From assembly GCF_006345805.1 (NCBI RefSeq), contig NC_042998.1:159712001-159776000 (forward strand): DNA of 64,000 nt. Direction: 5' to 3'. Under the pieces are notes generated by a model. It was not told the DNA's origin, did no database searches, and saw nothing but the letters and a program-made list of their open reading frames with translations. Source of the DNA: Octopus sinensis (taxonomy: Eukaryota). How positions within the stretch are numbered: the stretch's first letter is position 1; every line of letters starts with the position of its first letter. The position numbers were made by a program, and so were the translations under genes. This document shows, in pieces, positions 54,685 to 64,000 of this stretch.

Positions 54685-54992
54685 TGGAGGTGCAATAGCC
54701 CAGTGGTTAGGGCAGTGGACTCACGGTCGTAGGATCGCAGTTTCGAATCCCAGACCGAGCGATGTGAGTGTTTATTGAGTGAAAACACCTAAAGCTCCAC
54801 GAGGCTCCGGCAGGGGATGGTGGCAACCCGTGCTGTACTCTTTCGCGACAACTTTCTCTCACTCTTTCTTCTGTTGGCCTGCTCGCTTAGCCAGCGGGGT
54901 GGCGTCATTTAAAGGCTAAAATAATGCGAAGCGCATTGTGACCAGCGATGTGTAGCAACATCTGATAGCCTGGTCGGTCTCGCGATCACGCG
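54685..54992 (+). repeat. Young CpG-rich tRNA-derived SINE (third family)
   Basis: A box tagcccagtggtt, B box gtttcgaatcc; ends gcgatcacgcg(AT)n. Confidence 0.8.
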
Positions 54993-55128
54993 ATATATAT
55001 ATACACACACACATACACATATATATATGTATATATACATTTTTGTTAAATGAATAAATAATTCAACATTCTAATATCTGAAAGCTGATGAACAAACTAA
55101 ATTGTTTCTCCATTTTCTTATTTGTATT

Positions 55129-57460
55129 CATCATCATCATCATCATCATCATCGTTTAACGTCCGCTTTCCGCGCTAGCACGGGTTGGACGGTTCGACCG
55201 GGTCTGGGAAGCCAGGGGCCGCTCCAGGCTCCAGTCTGAATCTGGCAGAGTTTCTACGGCTGGATGCCCTTCCTAACGCCAACCACTCCGTGAGTGGATT
55301 GGGTGCTTTTTACGTGCCACCTGCACAGGGGTCGGAGGGTCCGGCATCGTCACGATCGGTTCGAGCATTTTAACGTGTCAGCGGCACGGGGGCAACGAGG
55401 TCCGGGGTACTTTGGGGATCGGGGTACTTTGGGGATCCAGGGTACTTTGGGGATCCGGGGTACTTAGAATGGGTAGGGGGTATGTGGAATTGCTGCAGAA
55501 AGCAGCCCGGGTCTTTGTAGTCACAGCATATCTCCAGAGATCTCGGTCCTTCGCCATTGCCTCAGTGAGGCCCAATGCTCTGAGGTCATGCTTGACCACC
55601 TCATCCCATGTCTTCCTGGGTCTACCTCTCCCCCTGATACCTTCAACTGTTTGGGAGTGGCACTTCTTCACACATCTCTCTTCATCCATCCGCAGCACAT
55701 GACCATACCATCGCAAGCGTCGCTCTTGCACACCACATCTGATGCTTCTTATATCCAGCATTTCTCTCAGGATACTTACACTCTGTTTTGCGTGCACACT
55801 GACACTACACATCCAGCGGATCATGCTAGCTTCATTTCTTTCAAGTCTACGCATGTCTTCTGCAGTCACAGCCCATGTTTCATTACCGTGAAGCATGGCA
55901 GTTCGCACACATGCATCATACAATCTACCTTTTGCTCTGAGGGAGAGACCTTTTGTTGCCAGTAGGGGTAGGAGCTTTCTGAACTTTGCCCAGGCTATTC
56001 GTATTCTAGTGGTGATACTCTCTGTGCATCCACCTCCGCTACTAACTTGGTCACCCAGGTAGCGGAAACTATCAACTACTTCTAGTTTCTCTCCCTGGAG
56101 TGTGATGGAATCTGTTTTCTGAGTGTCTGTTGTGTCTATTGTCCCTGTGCATCTGCCGCACATGAAAGCTATCTTATCTGTTAATTTCCCTTTAATGTTG
56201 CTGCACCTCTTATGTGTCCATAACTTACATTGGGTGCATCTTATGGAGTTTCTACCTGTACCTTTCCTACAGGTTGAGCAGGGCCACCTACCCGAGGGGA
56301 TGTGTGCTGAGTACCTCTTGCTGCTTACTAATACTTTGGTCTTTGCTACATTTATTCTAAGGCCCTTTGATTCCAACCCTTGCTTCCACACCCGAAATTT
56401 CTCTTCTAGTTCCGGTAGTGATTCTGCTATGAGAGCTAGGTCATCGGCATAGAGGAGCTCCCAGGGGCATCCCGTTTTGAATTCCTCTGTTATTGCCTGA
56501 AGGACTATGATGAATAAAAGGGGACTGAGGGCTGAGCCCTGGTGCACACCTACTTCTACCCGGAATTCTTCACTATATTCGTTGCCAATCCTAACCTTGC
56601 TGACAGCCTCTCTGTATAGAGCCTGTACAGCCCTTATTAGCCATTCTTCAATCTCCAGTTTCCGCATCGACCACCAGATAAGGGAACGGGGAACCCTGTC
56701 AAAGGCTTTCTCCAAGTCTACAAAAGCTATGTAGAGGGGTTTATCTTTAGCTAGGTACTTCTCCTGCAGTTGTCGGACCAGGAATATAGCATCAGTGGTG
56801 CTTCTACCTGGTACAAAACCGAACTGCATTTCATCTAAACAAATTCTCTCCCTAATGAGATTGGTTATGACCTTCTCTGAGACCTTCATCACCTGGTCCA
56901 ACAGTTTGATACTTCTGTAGTTATTTCTATCTAGAGCATCACCATTACCCTTGTAGCAGTTGACTATGGTGCTGCTGCACAAGTCATTGGGTATGACTCC
57001 ATTGTGAACTACCTGGTTTACAATGCGGGTGACTATGGCATAGCCCACATAGCCAGCTGTTTTAAGCATCTCAGCAGTGATTCCTGATAGGCCAGGGGCT
57101 TTGCCTGGTTTCATATCCTTAATTGCCTTATCTACAAGGGAGCTGTCTATTCGGGTAGCTGGTCCCTCTACTGGGTCAACATTTGGCAGGCTCTCCTCCT
57201 CCCATTCATTCTCCTCATTCAGCAGTCTTTCATAATGGCTTCTCCAAGCCTCTTCTTTTCACTAGTAGTAAAAGCAAGTGCCCCATCATCCATGCGGACA
57301 CATTTCTCTCCTATAACATCGCTATTTTCTCTGACACACTGTCTGGCAATCCGAAATACTTCAGCTCTTTGATCCTCGCGACGCTGGACATTGGCAAACT
57401 TCTTCTTTTCTGCTACATCTTTGGCAATGTATACCTGCCGCCCAGCCTCCCTTTTGGCTA
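55129..57460 (-). mobile_element. Young 5'-truncated RTE LINE
   Basis: Coding continues upstream of 57114 with one frameshift (AEVFRIARQCVREN.DV.GEKCV...EAWRSHYERLLN). (TGA)n 3' tail at about 55129-55152; 5' end abuts (TA)n. Confidence 0.95.
55378..57114 (-). CDS. RTE-clade reverse transcriptase with inserted C4HC3 (PHD-type) finger, 578 aa open
   Basis: KAPG.SGI..EMLK, QFGF.PGRSTTDAIF, FVDLEKAFDRVP, GVHQGSALSPLLF, LLYADDL, FRYLG, QERRLRWYGHV, RGRGRPRKTW. Confidence 0.95.
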   Translation of the reverse strand: MKPGKAPGLSGITAEMLKTAGYVGYAIVTRIVNQVVHNGVIPNDLCSSTIVNCYKGNGDALDRNNYRSIKLLDQVMKVSEKVITNLIRERICLDEMQFGFVPGRSTTDAIFLVRQLQEKYLAKDKPLYIAFVDLEKAFDRVPRSLIWWSMRKLEIEEWLIRAVQALYREAVSKVRIGNEYSEEFRVEVGVHQGSALSPLLFIIVLQAITEEFKTGCPWELLYADDLALIAESLPELEEKFRVWKQGLESKGLRINVAKTKVLVSSKRYSAHIPSGRWPCSTCRKGTGRNSIRCTQCKLWTHKRCSNIKGKLTDKIAFMCGRCTGTIDTTDTQKTDSITLQGEKLEVVDSFRYLGDQVSSGGGCTESITTRIRIAWAKFRKLLPLLATKGLSLRAKGRLYDACVRTAMLHGNETWAVTAEDMRRLERNEASMIRWMCSVSVHAKQSVSILREMLDIRSIRCGVQERRLRWYGHVLRMDEERCVKKCHSQTVEGIRGRGRPRKTWDEVVKHDLRALGLTEAMAKDRDLWRYAVTTKTRAAFCSNSTYPLPILSTPDPQSTLDPQSTPIPKVPRTSLPPCR

Positions 57461-58180
57461 TCTATATATATATATATATATATAATATATATGATATATG
57501 TATATTATATACAGGGTGCAATGGATAAATTGTTGCCATTTTATATCTTTAATTTCGTGCATGCACATTGTTTGTTTTTGATTTTGTCTTTATTTTTGAT
57601 TTTTCAACTACACAGTATAGTAGGGTTAGTTGGGCACCATCTGTAAGAAAAACACCACCATGATGCAATTCACTTTGCCAAAAATTTAGAAATGACACAC
57701 TGTACTGCTTGGTGTTCATACCAGAAGTTCCAATACGAACATTTCAGAATGTTTGTGTATTGATCTGAGGACAGTGCAGAGGATTCAGAAAAAGTTAGAT
57801 GAGTCTAATGGTGATTACAAAGGTATGGTAGCTCAGAAAACTCACTCTGATCATTTTGATAAAAAAAGAACTACTGAATTTGTTGTTAAGATCCAGGCCA
57901 TGATTGACAACGATCCCTCCAAGTCAATCAGGTCCATTGCCAGGGACACAGGAATGTCTGTGTTTCTTATCAGACAGGTAGGCCATGAAAACATTCAGTA
58001 TTTCTCATACAAGATGAGAAAGGGCCAATTTTTATCCCAAGCCATCAAGGACAAGAGGAAAGACTATGCTGCAAAGCTTTTGAATAAACTCAAGCATCCC
58101 CTTCAACTGAACATGCTTCAGTTTTTCTTAGATTAGTAAAATTTCTGCCAGAATCAGATGGTGAACAAAACATGTACAGA

Positions 58181-58327
58181 TAGGGTAGCTGGGGGAGAGG
58201 GGAGGAGCGGACTTTTAAAGGGGCAGTACTTTTGGGTCTGCTTAAGGCAAAATGAGGGTCTTTTTGTGGGGCCTGGAGGCAGCAAACGGAAGGGCCGCAC
58301 TAGGCAGCACACACTCTAGCAACTCTA
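58181..58327. mobile_element. 147-bp GC-rich MITE-like insert (copy 1)
   Basis: Interrupts the transposase; degenerate 12-bp TIRs tagggtagctgg / ctagcaactcta. Confidence 0.6.
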
Positions 58328-58925
58328 GATAAAAATCAAACATCCAGTCAATATCATGGTATTTGGAGTGATCACTAGTGATAGCAATGTTATGCTTCCA
58401 TTCATCTTCCCACACGACCTCAGACTCAACACATAGTCCTACATCAAGTACCTGGTAGAAGTAGTGCTACCTTGGCAGGTGCTGGAAGACACTATGTCTG
58501 GTAACAGGACTCTGCACCATGCCACACAAACAGGAGAACCCAGTCATGACTGCCAGACAATTTCTGAGACCACATCACTCCTAACATCTGGCCACCTAAC
58601 TCCCCAGGCTATTGACTATTATGTGTGGGGTGCAGTTGAGCGAGAGACCAACAAAACTCCTTGTAACACCAAAGATGAACTAAAGGCAAGGATTATGGCA
58701 GCATTCACCAACTTAAACAAGGAGACTGTCCAGAAGAGTTGCAGGAGATTCTTAAGTCATTTGGGGGCCTTGGTTGAAGCCAATGACAATTTTATTGAAT
58801 AAATTTCCTCTTTAGTATTTAAAGATATTTTTATGTAATTTTGGTAAATATATCTGTTAAAACGAGATGTCGGCGTTATTTTCATTTTTGTGTAACTTAG
58901 ATGACAATTTATTCAGTGCACCCAC

Positions 58926-59072
58926 TAGAGTTGCTAGAGTGTGTGCTGCCTAGTGTGGCCCTTCCGTTTGCTGCCTCCAGGCCCCACAAAAATACCCTCA
59001 TTTTGCCTTAAGCAGACCCAAAAGTACTGCCCCTTTAAAAGTCTGCTCCTCCCCTCTCCCCCAGCTACCCTA
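58926..59072. mobile_element. 147-bp MITE-like insert (copy 2, inverted)
   Basis: Reverse complement of 58181-58327 with about 3 substitutions; interrupts the right TIR. Confidence 0.6.
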
Positions 59073-59350
59073 GTGACTGTACCCTGTATACATATATATC
59101 ATATTATAATATTATAATTTTAAGTACACTTTTTGATGCTGGTATGGAAGTATGGGATTAGATTCCTTGGAGCACTATTCTTCAGCTAGATACCCTTCCT
59201 AAAATCAACCCATACTTGCTTTCATGTGGGATGCTTTATTTTACTATTCTTCATAGATGAAACCACTGACATGCAGGGCACTGTCTTTATATAGGACAAA
59301 CAAACATCATTGCTGCTCAAACAGAATCAACGTGATGTCATATAGAGAAA

Positions 59351-59394
<44 letters not shown>

Positions 59395-59790
59395 TCTTTT
59401 ATCTTTCTCTTGTTTAAGTCACTTGACTGCAGTCATGCTAGGAAATTGTCTTGAAGGGTTTTAGTCAAACAATTCAACCCAGGATTTATTCTTTAAAGCC
59501 TAGTACTTATTCTTTTAGCCTTTTTGGTCAAACCACTAAGTTACAGTGACATAAACACACCAACAACGGTTGTCAAGCAGCAGTGGGGGACAAACACAGA
59601 CACAAAGACATACATAGGTATATATGCATATATACATACAATGGGCTTCTTCCAGTTTCCTTTTACCAAATCCACTCACAAGACTTTGAATGGCTAAAGG
59701 TTATAGAAGACAGTTACTCAAGATGCCATGCAGTGGGACTGAACCTGGAACTGTGTGCTTCTGAAGCACACAGCCATGCCTGCACCAATA
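59395..59790 (-). repeat. Full-length SINE (29.4 kb family)
   Basis: Reverse-complement match of tail, internal SSR and head. Confidence 0.75.
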
Positions 59791-61560
59791 TATGTCCGTG
59801 CACGCATGTGTGTGTGTATACACACACACACACCCATAGATGGTAAGAGATTAAAAACCAGATGTAATAATGTAATGTAGATAGTTAGTTATGTGAGATT
59901 AAAGAAGAGATATTATGAAGTGATTGGTTCAGGAAGAGGTGCTCTGTGATTGGTTAAAAGAGCTATACTGTAGTTTGATTGGTTAAGAGAAATTAAGAGA
60001 GTAGAGCATTGTCAATAGTTAAGGAAGATTAATGTAAAGATATTGTACAGAGACTGGCTAACAGAGAGATTTTGTAGTGTGATTAGTTATCAGTTGAAGG
60101 AAATGGTTGTTTAATAATAACCAGATATGTGTGGTTATTACTGTAGAGTATAAAATATTGTAATGTGACAAACAGTTCAATCAAAACTATTCATTTGGTT
60201 ATATCTATGATTTGTTCCTTTACATTTTTAACAAACTGGAAATTTTATTTACAGTTTTCTGTCTACTTGTTACATAGATTTTTAACCATTTAGTCAAGAT
60301 AAGGAGAACAACATCCATAATTTTTTTTTGCCAAAGCTTCCAATATTAGCAGAGAAATGAAAGAATGTAAACTCAGGCAGAAACCTGGCTTAAATGCTTA
60401 TAAGAAAGTGTACTCTGCTAAAGTTACATACAAACCAGGTATGGCATTAAACAGGCATTTTACTGCTGATGTTTTACTGCTGATATTTACTGCTGAGTTA
60501 TAACTAACAAAAATCTATACAGACTTTATTAGTTGTGATTCTTCTGAAATTTAACAATATTGGTTTCAACACTATTGTTTCAGATTAAAATTCTTGCAAA
60601 ATAAATTTAAAATTAAATTAAGTCTTCCACCCAAGAACTCAGAACACAAAGAGCCAGGCAAAATACCACAATGTATTTGTCCCAAACTGTAACAAATCCA
60701 CCAATCCACAACCACAGAATGGTAGTTTATTATATTAACCCCTAAAGAATTAAAGGCAAGTTGGGACAGCACTATTACCAGCTCATTTAGTGCTATTAGC
60801 AGAATTCAAACTGTTACAATAATTTGGACCAAACCCATTTCTCTCTCTGCCACCCAATTTTTTTACTGCTGATGTTTTGGATAGACATCAGCTTCATCAA
60901 TCTCACCAGTCTAGGAGGACCTGAAAAGGTCAAAACAACGTTGTCCCCACTGACAAGCTTATGAATATTTATAAATATTTATAAGAAAAGATTTATGATC
61001 ATTCTTTAACTTTCACTTGTTTTTGTAATGCATATTTTGGTAAAGTTTCCATTTCACTTCTATTGAATTGAATTTGTGAAACAGAAAAATGTGCAAATCT
61101 ATCATGGTTCCTTATACATAAACATATATGAAAACAAGTAAATGTGGAAGCCACTATTAGTTGCACAACTTACTAGAAATAGCAGTCAAATCTTCCTTAA
61201 AAATAAAGGATACATTAGGTAATATTGTCATAAATAAACTATGCCTGAAAGAAAAGGCAAGATATCACAGATGTAATTTCATTGATTATAGGTATGATAA
61301 ATTAGCTGAGACCAATGGCACAACAGTTATGTTACCACAACTATCATAACCACTACAAACCAGCTTTTACACCTTTTCTGAGGCAACAAAACTATACTGT
61401 TACCTACACTCTTTATGAACACCACCATAGGCAAACAAGGAAGGAGCCACTTTGTGCAAGAATTGGTAGGCAAATCTCGGTCAAATGACAAAGAAAATTT
61501 CTTCAAGGCAGTGTCCTAGCATGGCCACAGTCTAATGACTGAAACAAGTAAAAGAAAAAA

Positions 61561-61614
<54 letters not shown>

Positions 61615-61728
61615 TGTTGTGTCCCCACTATGCAAACCCTATGAAATGAAGGAACATGCACAGAACTTCATGCACTGCATGCAATTCTCTGAATATGATC
61701 GGAAGGATAAAGGTCCAAGTATACAGGG

Positions 61729-62389
61729 GTGCTAGAAAGAAGTTTGATAACATTATGTGATGATACCAGTGGTACCTGCTCTAGATATAGAAACAAAGAC
61801 TGGAATACAATACAAAGAGCTTGTTACAAAGCAAATAGGATGAACACATGGTATAAAACTAACAAATATCAAGGAGTGATGTTTGTAGAGGCCACAGCCC
61901 ATGGAGAACTAGCCCGTAGATTTAGGAAAGATCTAAAGGAGACCAAACTCAACATTAAGATTGTTGAAAAGCCAGGGAACTCCATCAGATCACAACTATG
62001 TAGGACGTACCCCTTTGAGAATACCAAATGCACCAATGATAACTACACAGTATGTAGGATTAGTCCTGGCATTAACTATAGAACTAGAAATGTAGTTTAC
62101 AGCATAAGATGCATAGAAGGTGCTTGTAAAGACATGAACATGACATACATAGGAGAGACATCTTGGAGCATGGCAGATAGACTAAATGGACATTTTAAGA
62201 CAATATGACAACAAAAAACAGTCCTCCATACTCTATCAACATGCCAAGGACAAACATGGAGGCAACCTGGATCAACTTGACATCCACATCTTATCCAAGC
62301 ACCCAAAGGACCCAACCCTCAGACAAATACAGGAGTACGTCCTCATAAATGAAACATCCCCTGTACTAAATAGGCAATATACAGAGTAG
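61729..62389 (+). mobile_element. Penelope-like (Neptune-type) GIY-YIG endonuclease fragment, frameshifted
   Basis: VMFVEAT.HGELARR, IKIVEKPG, NVVYSIRC...TYIGETS, LYQHAKDKH, PTLRQIQE; distinct from the 7-8 kb Penelope. Confidence 0.8.
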
Positions 62390-62586
62390 GTAATCATACC
62401 CTTATACCAACAGTTTATATGTATATACAGGTAGAATAGTTAGTGGGCTGTTATGTAGAAAGATAGATAAATAGATAGATAAATGTATGTGTGTGTGTAT
62501 ATGTGTATATGTATATGCACGTGTATGAAGGCATATGGATATGAAAATAAACAGATAGACATACAGACAGATAGGTACATAGGTTT

Positions 62587-62830
62587 AAGGTGGCGAGCTG
62601 CCAGAAGCGTTAGCATGCCGGGCGAAATACTAAGCAGTATTTCATCTGCCATTACATTCTGAGTTCAAATTTCGCCGAGGTCAACTTTGCCTTCCATCCT
62701 TTCGGGGTCGATAAATTAAGTACCAGTTACACACTGGAGTCGATGTAATCGACTTAATCCTTTTGTCTGTCTTTGTTTGTTTGTCCCCTCTATGTTTAGC
62801 CCCTTGTGGGCAATAAAGAAATAAGATAAG
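62587..62830 (+). repeat. Deu/Nin-core SINE, well preserved
   Basis: gagttcaaatttcgccgaggtcaactttgccttccatccttttcggggtcgataaattaagtaccag core. Confidence 0.75.
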
Positions 62831-63064
62831 TACATAGGTTATATGAACAGACAAGCACACATACGCACATACACAAATGAAGACTGAAACACATGACCAT
62901 ATACACACACACTTCACACATATGGAGACACTTGTCCACACATATGGAGGTACAGATCCATACATACATACAGACACAGTACATAGTCACAACCCCCCTC
63001 CCCCCACACACACGCATACTCAGACATGTACACACAAGGAGACAGAGGCACACACACGTAAAAA

Positions 63065-63497
63065 CACTGCCAGTGCCAAACATGGCTGATGCCAGCGTCG
63101 CCTTCATTGGCTCCCATACCGGTGACACATAAAAGGCACTATCCAAACTTGATTGATGCCAGCCCCCTCTGGCTCCCATGCCAGTGGCACATAAAAGCAC
63201 CATCCAGACATGGTCGATGCCAGCCCCCTCTGGCTCCTGTGCCGGTGGCATATAAAACCACCATCCAAATGTAGTCAATGCCAACCACTTCTAGCCCCTG
63301 TGCCGGTGGCACATAAAAAGAAGCACACACTACACTCTTGGAGTGGTTGGCGTTAAGAAGGGCATCTAGTTGTAGAAACACTGCCAGATCAAACTGGAGC
63401 CTGGTGCAGCCTCCTGGCTTCCCTGACCCCAGTTGATCTGTCCAATCCGTGCCAGCATGGAAAACAGACGTTAAGCGATGATGATGATGATGATGAC
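63065..63497 (-). mobile_element. RTE 3' UTR with a tandem ~55-60-bp array
   Basis: Repeats of gatgccagccccctctggctcc...ggcacataaaa(g)caccatcc; (TGA)n tail at about 63477-63495. Confidence 0.75.
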
Positions 63498-63729
63498 AAA
63501 AACACATGAATATGCAGAATACATACATAATACAAACTTACATACATATATATATATACACATACACACATACATACATGCATACATACATACATGTGTA
63601 TGTGTGTGCACATTGACTCATACACATGCGCACACAAACAAACAAAAAGAATGCAGCTTGAATAACATATATATATATATATATATATATACATCAAAAT
63701 AGATGAACATCAATGGAATTTGTATCTTT

Positions 63730-64000
63730 GTGGTACCAGTGCCGGTGGCACACAAGAAAACCATCCGAACGTGGCCGTAGCCAGTACCGCATCGACTGGC
63801 GTCCGTGCTGTGGGCACGTAACAAACACCATCCGATCGTGGCCGTTTGCCAGCCTCATCTGACACCTGTGTCTGTGGCACATAAAAACACCATCCGAAGA
63901 CCCGGCAAGACTAGTCAGGCCATAACCCGTGGCCCCTACCTGGGACGTAGTCAGTCCACCTGTGCATACCTTCCTTCTTGTGACACTTGTGAAGACCTGT
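63730..64000 (+). mobile_element. RTE-type 3' UTR fragment running off the window end
   Basis: Repeated tggcac..aaaa.accatccga units as in other RTE UTRs. Confidence 0.6.

Larger units (their letters stand above)
57512..59086 (+). mobile_element. Disabled maT/DD37D-like transposon carrying two MITE-like inserts
   Basis: TA-cagggtgcaatggataaattg left TIR; matching right TIR at 58903-58923, split from its terminal accctg-TA. DPSKSIRSIAR, KHPVNIMVFGV, QDSAPCH, WPPNSP, DYYVWGAVE. Confidence 0.85.

Noticed and set aside
54685-54760. tRNA-like sequences with A/B boxes (also about 53975-54045)
   Set aside because: No complete cloverleaf or acceptor stem, and they continue into SINE bodies; called SINE heads.
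60091-60145. Hammerhead-like layout cag-ttgaagg...tggtt/aacca-gata...ctg
   Set aside because: The core lacks both CUGANGA (or a covariant form) and GAAA, and no stem III can be built.

Overview
AT-rich eukaryotic genomic DNA, very dense in microsatellites and interspersed repeats. The SINE and RTE families resemble those of Octopus (inference, not searched). No intact host gene is recognised, so the window looks intergenic or intronic. The only host-derived sequence is an intronless, disabled ST13/Hip copy (12.5-13.6 kb). Retroelements: two tandem Penelope copies (RT + GIY-YIG), each with a minimal hammerhead ribozyme; a Neptune-like Penelope fragment; a near full-length R4/Dong LINE plus two more R4/Dong fragments; many RTE LINE pieces, including a young copy whose RT carries a C4HC3 PHD-type finger; several tRNA-derived SINE families. 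DNA transposons: mariner, Tc1, TRT-like, maT-like, Tigger/pogo, a non-autonomous hAT with an 8-bp TSD, and a Helitron/HINE-like element. Most short ORFs in the track are microsatellite artefacts. Main leads: the PHD finger inside the RT, the U3-A8 variant hammerhead pair, a 393-bp apparently identical segment copied into a (TA)n tract, and an inverted pair of 147-bp MITE-like inserts in one maT copy. All alignments and translations were done by eye, so element boundaries are approximate unless stated exactly.
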